Assembly: GCF_035084215.1 (NCBI RefSeq)
Contig: NC_090354.1
Span: forward strand, 9,672,001-9,736,000
DNA from: Heptranchias perlo
Lineage: Eukaryota
Reading direction: 5' to 3'
DNA: 64,000 nt
Below, piece after piece: positions 37,020 through 48,779 of the stretch (positions are counted from its first letter, which is position 1; each line of letters opens with the position of its first letter). The position numbers were made by a program, and so were the translations under genes. Under the pieces are notes generated by a model, which saw only the letters and a list, made by a program, of their open reading frames with translations, was not told the origin of the DNA and made no database searches.

Positions 37020-37315
37020 ATAGCGTGAGTGAGCTAATGACGTCATAATTCCGCGACGAACTGGCTGTCCAGCTTGACGCTTGCCCACCTCCCTGGAGCA
37101 GCTTGGGAATTGTAGTCCGGATCGTTGCGTCACGCCGTCCACAACCAACGTCAGGCCAGGTCCCCGAAGACTACATCTCCCAGCGAGCACCGCGGCTACA
37201 GCCGACCCTTCGCCCTCCACCATTTTACAGAATCTAAGATGGTTTCCCGAAGCCCCAGCACATAACGCCCGTCATTGTTATAATCAGGCATTTTAATGCG
37301 GTTCCGCCATTTTAT
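37020..37315. promoter_or_regulatory. Promoter-like module in MSL1 intron 1
   Basis: CRE TGACGTCA 37038; ZNF143/THAP11 motifs TGGGAATTGTAGT 37104 and ACTACATCTCCCAGC 37170; YY1-like CCGCCATTTT about 37304; CpG-rich. Confidence 0.5.
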
Positions 37316-37324
37316 TTTCCTCAC

Positions 37325-37858
37325 CGTCTCTTTCTCCGCTTTCAGCTCGTCGATCTCCCTCTCCTTGAGCTGGAGCTGCTGCTGTTGCTGCTCGATCAGG
37401 TCGAGCTGCAGCAAGACGATCTGCTTGAGGCGGGCGCTCTGGCTCGGGCCCGGGCCCTGCTGCTGCTGCTGTTGGGACGATGGCGGCTGCTGTAGTTGTT
37501 GCTGCTGCTGCTGTTGCTTCTTCACTTTCCCCCAGTGCAAAGCCTCCAAGCCGGGCACCGGCGCAGCGCCTTCGCCGGGCCCGCGGCCCACACCGCCGCC
37601 GCCGCCGTCTCCACTGGTGATCGCCGCTCCTCGACCCCAGGCCGCCCGGCTCCCTTTGCCCGCTTTATTGTCGCTACCGTTCATCTTGCGGCCGGGTTTG
37701 GTCGGATGTTCCCCGCCGGATCCCATCGCCTCTCCGCCCGCTTCTCCTCCCCCTCCGCCATCATGCTCCTTTGTCCCCGCCGTCGAATACTCCGCCGCCC
37801 GCTTCTCGGCCTCCGCCACCCCGCCCGGCTGTTTCAGCAGGCCCGGCTTCATTGTCAT
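37325..37858 (-). CDS. msl1: MSL1 coding exon 1 (N-terminus and MSL2-binding coiled coil)
   Basis: MTMKPG...SQSARLKQIVLLQLDLIEQQQQQLQLKEREIDELKAEKET|gtgagg; 534 nt, phase 0. Confidence 0.93.
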
Positions 37859-37859
37859 G

Positions 37860-38285
37860 GCCTGTCGGGGTGTGCGCTGGCTGCGACCCGGACCTGGCAG
37901 TAGCTCGGTCCCGGCCCGGCGGGCGGCTTGTCCCCTTTTCCTCCGGCGGCCGATTTCCCCTCAGAGACTCGGAGCCTCTCCCGGGGCTCACAGGCGCCGC
38001 CGCCGCTGCTGCTTTATTTATTATCGGGGCGGAGTCGCCCCGCGCTGCGGCCAGCTGCTTTTATTCAGTGTTTTTTTTTTATTCATTCATGTCTGTGCTT
38101 GTCCCGGCCCCGCTCTCTCCTCATCCCCCCCCTCCCACCCCAACCCCCTCGCTCTTCCTCCCGGTTTGTTTTCCTCTCGGGCTCCGCTTAAAGAGATCGT
38201 TCCGGTCACTGCGCATGCGTCGGCTCCCCCTCGTATGGTCACGTCGCACGTACAGACCCACGTGGGAGGAAACAAACCCAGACCC
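37860..38285 (-). promoter_or_regulatory. MSL1 CpG-island 5' UTR / promoter
   Basis: High GC and CpG; NRF1 motif TGCGCATGCG 38210; ETS-like TTCCGG about 38200; E-box CACGTG 38259. Confidence 0.65.
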
Positions 38286-40020
38286 CCCCCCCCCCGGGGT
38301 CTGATACATCCAGTCACTCCCCCCCCGGGGTCTGATACATCCAGTCACTCCCCTCCCCCCCCCCCCCCGGGGTCTGATATATGCAGTCACTCCCCCCCCC
38401 CCCCCCCGGGGTCTGATATATGCAGTCACTCCCCCCCCCCCCCCCCCCCCGGGGTCTGATACATCCAGTCACTCCCCCCCCGGGGTCTGATACATCCAGT
38501 CACTCCCCTCCCCCCCCCCCTCCGGGTCTGATACATCCAGTCACTCCCCCCCCCCCCCCCCCGGGGTCTGATACATCCAGTCACTCCCCCCCCCCGGGGT
38601 CTGATACATCCAGTCACTCCCCCCCCCCCCCCCCCCGGGGTCTGATACATCCAGTCACTCCCCCCCCGGGGTCTGATACATGCAGTCACTCCCCCCACCC
38701 CACCGGGGTCTGATACATCCAGTCACTCCCCCCCCCCCTCCGGGTCTGATACATCCAGTCACTCCCCCCCCCCCCCCCCCCCGGGGTCTGATACATCCAG
38801 TCACTCCCCCCCCCCCCCCCCCCCGGGGTCTGATACATCCAGCCACTCCCCCCCCCCCCCCCCCCCCGGGGTCTGATACATCCAGTCACTCCCCCCCCCC
38901 CCCCGGGGTCTGATACATCCAGTCACTCCCCCCCCCCCCCCCCCCCGGGGTCTGATACATGCAGTCACTCCCCCCACCCCACCTGGGTCTGATACATCCA
39001 GTCACTCCCCCCCCCCCCCCCCCCGGGGTCTGATACATCCAGTCACTCCCCCCACCCCACCGGGGTCTGATACATCCAGTCACTCCCCCCCCCCCCCCCC
39101 CGGGGTCTGATACATCCAGTCACTCCCCCCCCCCCCCCCCGGGGTCTGATACATCCAGTCACCCCCCCCCCCCCCCCCCCCGGGGTCTGATACATCCAGT
39201 CACTCCCCCCACCCCACCCCCTGGGGTCTGATACATCCAGTCACTCCCCCCCCCCCCCCCGGGGTCTGATACATCCAGTCACTCCCCCCCCCCCCCCCCC
39301 CGGGGTCTGACACATCCAGTCACTCCCCCCCCCTCCGGGTCTTATACATCCAGTCACTTCCCCCCACCCCAGGGTCTGATACATCCAGTCACTTCCCCCC
39401 CCCCCCCCCCCCACCCGGGTCTGATACATCCAGTCACTCCCCCCGGGGTCTGATACATCCAGTCACTCGTCCCCCCCCCCCCCCCGCAGTCAGATACATC
39501 CAGTCACTCCCCCCATCCCCACAGTCTGTTACATCCAGTCTCTCTTTCCCCCCCTGCAGTCTGATACATCCAGTCATTCCCCCCCACTGCTGCAGTCAGA
39601 TACATGCAGTCACTTCCCCCCCCCCCCACCAGATCTGTTACATCCAGTCACTCGTTTCCCCCCCCCTGCAGTCTGATACATCCAGTCACTCCCCCCCCCC
39701 CCCCCCCACTGCTGCAGTCAGATACATCCAGTCACACACCCTCCTGCTGCAGTCAGATACATCCAGGCACTCCCCCCGCTGCAGTCTGATATATCTAGTC
39801 ACACCCCCCATCCCCGCAGTCTGTTACATCCAGTCACTGCCCCCCCCTGCAGTCTGATACATCCAGTCACTACCCCCCCGCTGCAGTCTGATACACCCAG
39901 TTACTCGCACCCTCCCCCTGCTGCAGTCTGCTACACCCAGTCACTCCCCCCCACCCCTGCTGCAGTCTGATACATCCAGTCATTCCCCCTGCTATAATCT
40001 GAGGCTGATACATTCAGTCA
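38283..40020 (+). repeat. Minisatellite: constant core GGGGTCTGATACATCCAGTCACT plus variable poly-C, roughly 45 units
   Basis: Near-identical cores at 38296-39470; older variants (CTGCAGTCTGATACATCCAGTCACT) at 39480-40020. Confidence 0.95.
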
Positions 40021-40129
40021 TACTCAGAATGACTTACAACAAGCCATTTTCTCAGCTACTACCCCAGTCGGCTGCTTTCTCCCAGACATTCATAGTCTGA
40101 GCTATGCTCTGCAGCTAACACTTGGACCC

Positions 40130-40840
40130 AGTCATTGTACTTATCCATATGCTGCTGCTCAGTGACATCATCAACAAACATGAGGTCAGCTTCAATCTCT
40201 ATGGCAATGACACCCAACTGTTCCTCTCTGCCAACATCCTTAATTCCATGACCACTGTCATGCTGTCTGTCTGCCATTGAATCCTGTCTAAGGCAGGAGC
40301 AGGAAGCAGTTCAAGAAGGGAAGAGCAGAATATAAAGGTTGTAGTAATAGGGGATTCGATAATTGGGAGGGTAGATGGCATCCTCTGCTGTTACGATCGA
40401 GAGTCCCGAAGGGTGTGCTGCCTACCTGGTCCCCGGGTAAGGGATATCTCGAACTGGCTGGAAATGAACCTGGAAAGGGAGGGCAAAGAACTAGTTGTCA
40501 TTTTCACACAAAGGATATTAGAAATCTGGAACTCTCTTCCCCCAAAAGGCTGTCGATGCTAGGTAAATTGGAGCTTTCAAAACTGAGATTGATAGATTAG
40601 TGTTAGGTAAAAGTTTCAAGGGATATGGAGCAAAGATGGGTAAATGGAGTTGAGATGCAGATCAGCCATGATTTAATTGAATGGAAGAGCAGGCTCAAGG
40701 GGCTGAATGGCCTACCCCTGTTCCTAAGCAGAAATGTCTTCAACTCAGCATTGGTAAGACCAAAGCCTTCCTATTTAGCACCCACAGAAACTTCGTCCTT
40801 CAGGCATGTCCCTGCTAACTGCTTGCTCAGGCTGAACCCA
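40130..40840 (+). mobile_element. L2 RT fragment interrupted by a CR1-derived insert
   Basis: TGACATCATC...AAACATGAGGTCAGCTTC...TATGGCAATGACACCCAACT (decayed YADDTQL region), resuming after 40728 with CTTCAACTCAGCATTGGTAAGACCAAAGCC. Confidence 0.55.
40293..40723 (+). mobile_element. Chimeric CR1 piece: ORF1 esterase fragment fused to ORF2 end and 3' tail
   Basis: KVVVIGDSIIGRVDGILCCYDRESRRVCCLPGPRVRDIS (GDS/SGNH-type ORF1) reads directly into FTQRILEIWNSLPQKAV and then a HER1-like tail; CTAAG direct repeat at 40288 and 40724. Confidence 0.7.
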
Positions 40841-42769
40841 TTCTCATCTACTGTCTCAGGCTTATGCTTAAACACAGTCACTCTTTCAGCTATTGTACCA
40901 GCTGAGGCCTCAACCCAGTCACTCTTCCAGCTCTGTCAGAAACAATTGCTCGGAAAGTCACTCTCTCAGCTACTATCCTATGCTGATAACTCACTTCCAG
41001 TCAACTCTCTGCTACTCCCTTAAGGACACTATTTCGCCCATTAACATTTTACTTATTGCCTTAGGCTGACACTCATAGCCACTCACTCTAAGGTTGATAC
41101 TTCTTTACACCCAGTCAGTCACTCACTGTCTCAGACTGATATGTAAAACCAGAAAAAATTCTAGAATGCTCAGCAATTAAATTGCCTTTGCCCTACTTGC
41201 ACACTGATCTTGTAACCTTTTGGGGTCCGAGTAATTGCTGCTTGCTGCACCATTTCTCTTGTAAAGTGCTTTGGAATGTTTTGTTGTGTGAAAGAAACTA
41301 ATAACTACAAGTTATTGTTCTTGATTTTCCTTCTCTGTCAGACAGTGCCTGGCTTCCTGTACTTAATGGCACTGTTGAGATCTGGAACTTACTGTGCGTG
41401 ACACCAATAATTGGAATGCCAATATGGAGTGCTTCCCCCCTCCCACCCATCCTGCTGATTGAGTACCTTTAACACACATTTGCCACCTCAGTAGGACAGC
41501 TGTGTCATCGAAATACTGATGCCTAAAAAATACAGAGTGAGATTGTTTTATTCAGTGCACAATATGCTCCACTATTCAACAGCAAGCAAACAAAGTGACA
41601 TATTTTAAACTACAGATTAGCAATGGATGTCACTCCACTACAGAGAGGCGGAGGCAGGCAAATCTCCATTGACGCAGCATGAGAATGATGGCAACAGAAT
41701 TTTCAAAAATAGACACTTTGCAGTCAACAGTCCAATGATGACAGAAACTTCACACCTCATTTCTAGTCTGCTAGCATACCCATTTATTTTGAGTTTCAAA
41801 ACTAAAGATAGCTACTGGCGATTCAGGTACTTTGGAGCAGGTTAGGGTAGGTTGGGGGATTCCTCAATTAACACTTATTTTATGTGTTTGACCTTTTCTC
41901 ATCAAAGCAAAAACTGAGACCAAATCATGTTGGAACTATGAAATGAAGATACATGTTAATCTGACTAAAATCCAATTGTCTGTAACGTTGAATCTTACTC
42001 AAATTTGCATCTGAACACTACATTGAACTCATTGCCCCATCTGCGTGGACGTAAAATGATGGCTGCAAGATGCAGATCTATTTGCACCAGTTAGTTTCTT
42101 ATCACTTTACCACACAGAATAAGTTTTAGTCACTTAGAACTGTTAATAGTATTCAACTGGCTGAAATAAACCTGCAGGTGGTTTCATGTTGGTGTCTTTG
42201 AAACTGCTATTTATGACAGTGAAGCAGCCAGTCACAGCTCAAAGTGTATTGTGGTGTGTATTGGTGCATCCTGTTATCATTGTGGGGAGCAACCAGAATT
42301 AAAGACTTCATGGATGAAATTCTTTCTGTTGATAACTTGACTAAAAACAATTTTGAGTACAAAATGGCTCGATGACATCTTCCACTGAAATTATTTCCAG
42401 AAGGAATTTAATCCCTTTTACTTTCAGTTTTCAAGTGTAATTAATTTACTATTTAGAATATATTAAATTTGCTATGTATGTCACGCACTCCTTATTTGGA
42501 CAGCATCATTCTGTGATACACAATCCACTCCTGCAGCTGCGCATTTCTATCACGAGATGGAGCTTCACAAGATCCAGATCTCTGTACCAATACCTACAGC
42601 ATCACTAATGCACTGAGAGAAAGTCCCAACTTTCTGTTGGCAAAGCCATGGGAGATCCACTAGTGCTTTTATTAACTATGCCAATTTTCTCCTTTTTACT
42701 TTTTTCCTGGCCGCTGTCTGAGGCTGAACCAAACCGTTCGCACCTTCCAGTGCTGTGCAGCGAACTCGG

Positions 42770-45060
42770 AGGGTTTTAGGACTAGAGGAGGTTACAGAGA
42801 TAGGGAGGAGGCGAGGCCATGAAGGGATTTGGAAACAAGGATGAGAATTTTAAAATCGAGGCATTCCCGAACTGGGAGCCAATGTAGATCAGCGAGCACG
42901 GGGTGATGGGAGAACGGGACTTGGTGCGAGTTAGGATACGGGCAGCAGAGTTTTGCATAAGCTCAAGTTTATGGAGGGTGGAAGATGGGAGGCTGGCCAG
43001 AAGAGCATTGGAATAGTCAAGTCTAGAGGTAACAAAGACATAGTCAAGGGTTTCAGCAGCTGATGAGTTGAGGCAGGGGCAGAGACGGGCGATGTTACAG
43101 AGGTGGAAGTAGGCGGACTTGGTGATCTAGCGGATATGTCATCTCAGGGTCAAATAGGATGCCAAGGTGCGAACAGTCTGGTTCAGCCTCAGACAGCGGT
43201 CAGGAAGAGGGATGGAGCCGGTGGCTAGGGAACGGAGCCTGTTTTCAGATGATGTCGCCGAGGGGCAGCATGTTGATGAAAAATAGGAGGGGGCCAAGGA
43301 TAGATCCTCAGGGGACTCCAGAGGTAACAGTGCAGGAGCTGGAAGAGAAGCCATTGCCGATGATTCTCTTGCTACGACTGGATAGATAAGAATGGAACCA
43401 GGCGAACGCAGTCCCACCTAGCTGGATGACAGAGGAGAGGCGTTGGAGGAGGATGGTGTGGTCAACCGTGTCAAAGTCTGCAGACAGGTCGAGAACGATG
43501 AGGAGGGAATAATTTACCACAGTCACAGTCACATAGGATGTCACTTGTGACTTTGATAAGGGCCATTTCAGTACTGTGGCAGGGGCGGAAACCTGATTGG
43601 CGGGATTCAAACATGGAGTTGCTGGAAAGATGGGCACGGATTTGGGAGGTGACAACACGATCAACGACTTTGGAGAGGAAAGGGAAGTTGGAGATGGGGT
43701 GGTAGTTTGCAAGGACAGAGGGGTCAAGGGTGGGTTTTTTGAGGAGGGGGGTGATGACGGCAGATTTGAAGGGAAGGGGGACAGTACCAGAGGAGAGGAA
43801 ACCATAAACAATATCAGCTAACATGGGGGCCAGGAAGGGAAATTGGGTGGTAAGCAGTTTGGTGGGAATAGGTTCGAGGGAGTAGGAGGTGGGTTTCATG
43901 GTCAAGATGAGCTCAGAGAGGGCATGAGTGGAGATAGGAGAGAAACTAGAGAAATATGCAAGTTCAGGGCTAGGGCAGGAGGGAACCGTAGTGGAAATTT
44001 GGCTTGGTGGGCTGGGGGAAGGGAGGGAAGCGGCAAAGGGAACTGACGGGAAGGTCTCAATCTTAGTGACAAAGAAGTCCATAAGCTCCTCGCACTTGTT
44101 GTTGGAGGTGAGGGTGGAGGATGCAGGGGAGAGGGGTTTCAGAAGACAGTTTGTAGTGGAGAAGAGAAGCTGAGGGTTATCTTTGCATTCCAGGATGACC
44201 CTGGAATAGTGAGCAGTTTTGGCAGAAGAGAGCAGGATCCGATAGTGCTTCATGTGGTCCAACCAGATCTGGCGGTGAATGGCTAAACTAGTTGTTCACC
44301 ATAAACATTCAAGTCTGCGTCCCTTGGACTTAAGGGAGTGGAGATGAGGGCCATACCAGGGGGATTGACCAGGGAGAGAGAGGGTAATGGTTTCAATGAG
44401 GACATGGGCATCAAAGGTAGAGGTGAGGGTGTGATTGAGCAGATCAGTAGCTGCAAAAATGTGGTGGTGAATGCAAGGTGAAAGACTAGACAGTTGGGAA
44501 TTTGAAAGTGCCGTTGTAAGTGATTTGGGGAAGAGTTTTTTTTCCAGGGGTGAACTCAGAAGGAAGTGGGGTTGGGAAGGGGAACGGTGATGTGAGTGGA
44601 GAGGGATACAAGGAAGTGATCAGAGATGGCCTTATCCATGATTAACATGATGGGAGTCGAGAGGCCATGTGAGATGGCAAGGTCAAGGGGGTGGCCATAA
44701 ATATGGGTAGGGGAGTTTATATGGAAGGAGAAATTAAGGGAGGACAGGAGAGCAGTAAACTCAAAGGAGAGAGGGCATGATGAGTTGAGATGGAGGTTGA
44801 AATCACCGAGGGTGAGGAGTTGCTCGGTGCAGAGGCTGAGGGAGGAAAGCAATAAAGATATCTCGGTGAGAAACTTGGTGTGGTACTTGGGTGGGCGGTA
44901 GAGAACGAGGATTTTAACAGAAAGGCGAGAGGGGTGGAACAAGGTGTGATGCTCAAAGGAGGAGAAGGTGCCAGAGGAGTAGGGGGACAGACCAAGGTGT
45001 AATTTGGAGATAAGGGACACACTGCCAACATGGTGGTCTGAGCGGAGCAAGCAAGTGATG
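42770..45060 (-). mobile_element. L2 LINE ORF2 (endonuclease and RT), frameshifted with deletions
   Basis: LGDFNLH, PTHIYGHPLDL, SDHFLV, NYHPISNFPFLSK, QSGFRPCHSTEMAL, DLSADFDTVDH and SGVP motifs. Confidence 0.9.
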
Positions 45061-45079
45061 GAAGATAAAGCCAGGTGAT

Positions 45080-45350
45080 ATAGTACTGAGGGAGTACTGA
45101 ATTGTTGGAGTTGCTGCCTTTTGGATGAAACATTAAACCCCATCTACCTACTGAGGTGTACGTAAAAGAAGCAAAGAATGAAGCAGAGCAGGGAGTTGTC
45201 CGAGTGTCCAAACTAACATTCTTCCCTCAACTAACCCCACCAACAACAGATTATCTGGTTATTAATTAATTTGCTGTTTATGAGACTTTGCTGTATGCAA
45301 AATAACTGCTGGACAACATTTGCTTAGATAACAACAGTGATCACATCTTA
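45080..45350 (+). mobile_element. Partial Deu-domain SINE
   Basis: AGTACTGAGGGAGTACTG...GGATGAAACATTAAACC core. Confidence 0.6.
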
Positions 45351-45754
45351 AATATATATTTCATGGATCTGACATCTCTCAAAGCCACTATGTGCAAAAA
45401 AATAAAGCTACAACCTGAACTTCTTCAGCTTGATTTTATTTTTTTAAATCATTGTTTATAGTTTAACCATAAATAAAATCAATACAGTTGGTAATAGCCA
45501 TTGTGATCCTGACCATATGCTTGTGCTCCAAACTTCATGTTGGACAAAGGTTCACTGTATTATCACCACCTACTTATTAAAACTGAATAATGCATACATA
45601 AAATACATAAAATACAGTTCAATAGCAATATGCATTGTCAAAGTTCACTTAGCGCTCACCAGCTTTCACAGCAGTAAACAGGTTGACTTATGCCCTCTAT
45701 TGGATTGTATGTTGGAGCTATTTATTGTTTAGTCTATCCAGCTGCTTTTCTAGG

Positions 45755-46210
45755 TATCAGCCTTGATTCAGCAGTAGTACACTTATCAGAGAGAGAATGC
45801 TGTGGGTTCAAGTCCAACTCCAGAGACTTAAACGCATAATCTAGGCTGACACTTCAGTACAGTACTGATTGAATGTTTTACTGTTGGAGGTGCTGTCTTT
45901 TGGATGAGACATTAAACCAAGGCCTTATCTTTCCTCACAGGTAAACATAAAAGATCCTATGGCATTTTTTGAAGAAGAGCAGGGGTGTTCCCCCGGTGTC
46001 CGAGACAATCCCTCAACCAACATCACTTAAACAGATTATCTGGGGATTTATCCCATTGCTGTTTGTAAGACCTTGCTGTGCGCAAATTGGTTGCGGTATT
46101 TCCCTACATTACAACGGTGACTACACTTCAAAAGTATTTAATTGGCTGGGAAGTGCTTTGGGATGCCCTGAGGTCTATGAAAGGCACTATATAAATGCAA
46201 ATTCTTTCTT
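45755..46210 (+). mobile_element. Full-length Deu-domain tRNA SINE
   Basis: TCAGCCTTGATTCAG...GGGTTCAAGTCC head, Deu core, tail GGCACTATATAAATGCAAATTCTTTCTTTC. Confidence 0.8.
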
Positions 46211-47261
46211 TCTGCCTTATAAAAATGTTGTGTCTAACGTGCGATTGGTCCATCACAATTGAGATGTTACATCTTCTATGTCACACTTTGGGTACCGGCA
46301 TTTATGCAAATTTCATGCAGCTGATTGGTTCAAACCATGTACTCATAAAATACCAATGAACCACAACTGAAGAGGTGGAGAATATATGAATCAAATGTGA
46401 GCAAAGTGGATAGAAGAACTACCAGTGAGGGATGACTAAGGACATTTTAAAACAATAAATAAAACATATCCAGTTACTAAAATCTATCAATAAAAGAAAG
46501 AGCAATGTAATTGCTCCAAAAAAAATCCTTATGGAGCCATCTTGATTTCTCCACTAAACAGCAGACTTAATATTGGAAATAAAAAGTTTGTGACATAATA
46601 AGGGCATAAAAAATGACAAAATTTACAGGAAAATGATTAAACTTACCTACACAATAGCATTTTCAGTGTCCAAAATACCTCCAATGATGCTATCTGTCAG
46701 AGGCTTGTGTCTGTTTGAGCAGCCTGAATCTTGAGTTCATGTGGGTTCTAGGGTTGTCAACCCTCCAAGATTGCCTTGGAGTCTCTAGGAATTAAAGATT
46801 AATCTCCTGGACACGGCTGTGAGCAACTCAAGAGAAAAACCACAGGGGCATTAATCTAATTTTGAGGTTTTTTTGTCATTTTCTTTGAATATTTTTGTTT
46901 ATTAGTTATAAAAATGTTGGAGAATTTGGAGAAATGTTTATGAAAGGAATACTGTGTTCATAAAATGTGATTGGCAAATCTTTGCAGTTATCACTCTTAC
47001 GTTCACATATCAACATGGTTCTGGAATATGCTGAGATAAAGTCTAAGATAAAGAGATTTTTCCTGCCAAATAGCTGGCTATGGCATTGTATTATCAGCAG
47101 AGGTCATGAGATCAAATTCCATCACAAACTGAATTCAATAAATTGCTAATTTTGGCCTGCACCAGGAATGCTGCTAGATTGTCAGAAAGCCCAACTGGTT
47201 CAATAATGTCCTTCATGGAAAGGGACCCATCAGTCCTATCCTGTCTAGCAAACATATGACT

Positions 47262-47480
47262 TGCCGGTAGACTTGGGGCCTTCCACGACCGGTGGGCATC
47301 GCAGGGACTGTAGGTCATAGTGGACATAGGTAATAACATTATTATTTAAGTTTATAAGTTTTGTTTGTGTTATGGTTTAGTTCCTTATTAGTTGTGCCCC
47401 TCTAAAAAGGGGGCACTTTTGTCTGTTTTTTGTTTGATGACACTGGGACAACCCAGTGTTTCCTTGTTGGTTAGTTAACT
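47262..47480 (+). mobile_element. Tx1/L1-clade LINE 3' end remnant
   Basis: GCCTTCCACGACCGGTGGGCATCGCAGGGACTG (AFHDRWASQGL); 3' region shared with 48355-48745. Confidence 0.55.
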
Positions 47481-48125
47481 TAACTGGACCAGTCACATAA
47501 ATACTGTGGCTACAAGAGCAGGTCAGAGGCTGGGTATTCTGCAGCTAGTGACTCACCTCCTGACTTCCCAAAGCCTTTCCAACATCTACAAGGCACAAGT
47601 AAGGAGTGTGATGGAATACTTTCCACTTGCCTGGATGAGTGCAGCTCCAACAACACTCAAGAAGCTTGACGCCGTCCAGGACAAAGCAGCCCGCTTGATT
47701 GGCACCCCATCCACAACCCTAAACATTCACTCCCTTCACCACCGGCGCACCGTGGCTGCAGTGTGTACTATCTACAGGATGCACTGCAGCAACTCGCCAA
47801 TGCTTCTTCGACAGGACCTCCCAAACCCGCGACCTCTACCACCTAGAAGGACAAGGGCAGCAGGCACATGGAAACAACACCACCTGCAGGTTCCTCTCCA
47901 AGACACACACCATCCCGACTTGGAAATATATCGCCGTTCCTTCATCGTCGCTGGGTCAAAATCCTGGAACTCCCTACCTAACAGCACTGTGGGAGAACCT
48001 TCACCACACGGACTGCAGCGGTTCAAGAAGGTGGCTCACCACCACCTTCTCAAGGGCAATTAGGGATGGGCAATAAATGCTGGCCTTGCCAGCGACACCC
48101 ACACCCCACGAACGAATAAAAAAAG
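47480..48125 (+). mobile_element. Non-LTR retrotransposon ORF2 C-terminus and 3' UTR with poly-A (CR1/L2 group, subfamily uncertain)
   Basis: IYKAQVRSVMEYFPLAW...LDAVQDKAARLI...SWNSLP; ends AATAAAAAAA; a related tail is repeated at about 48170-48320. Confidence 0.8.
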
Positions 48126-48354
48126 TTAGAAAAGGGATACATATGGCTTGGGTCACGACATGGTTGACAACTTAATTCCCTCTGAAGTGGCCTAACAAAC
48201 CACTCGGTAGTAAAAACAATCGCCAGAAGACCCACCACTACGTTCTCAGGGCAACTAGGGATGGGATGGGCAATAAATATGGCCTTGTCAGTGTAGCTTA
48301 CATCCCAAGAACAGGTTAAAAAAAACTTCAGCATAGTCACACCCTTAGGAACAG

Positions 48355-48745
48355 GGCTTAGCGGGCAAGTCGGAGGCCCTCTTCATGGGTCTGCTCCTGG
48401 GCCTGGCCAAGGTAGCCATCCACAGGTCCAAGTTGCACGCGGCCCTTGGGAGAGGAGGGGGTGGGGGGGGGGGGTCGCTCTGACTGCCTGCCTGCCTCTC
48501 TTCCATGGCCCGGGCGGCCCTGGAGAAGGAGCACGCGCTGTCCGCCCGGTACGCTTGAGGCCTTCCACAACTGGCACCGCAGGGGAATGGAGTGTATAGT
48601 CGATAGCGAAAATAGTATTATTTAATTTGATAAGTTCCCTTTCTTTGGTATGATTTGGGTGTTGATCAGTTGTGCCCCCTTTAAAAAGTGGGTACTTTTG
48701 CTGGTTTATTTGGGTTGATGACACTGGGGCAACGGGGTTTAACTA
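48355..48745 (+). mobile_element. Tx1/L1-clade LINE 3' end remnant
   Basis: GLLLGLAKVAIHRS...ALEKEHA...TLEAFH peptide remnants typical of a Tx1-like ORF2 C-terminus. Confidence 0.6.
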
Positions 48746-48779
48746 ATTTGAATAGGTCAGTGGGAGTTTAAAACCTTGC

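Noticed and set aside
37296-38459. 387-aa plus-strand ORF with poly-Cys
   Set aside because: Antisense shadow of GC-rich MSL1 exon 1 (CAG repeats read as TGC) running into the minisatellite; no recognisable domain.
38283-40020. CRISPR-like appearance (constant repeat with variable spacers)
   Set aside because: The spacers are only poly-C runs, there are no cas genes, and the context is vertebrate; this is a minisatellite.
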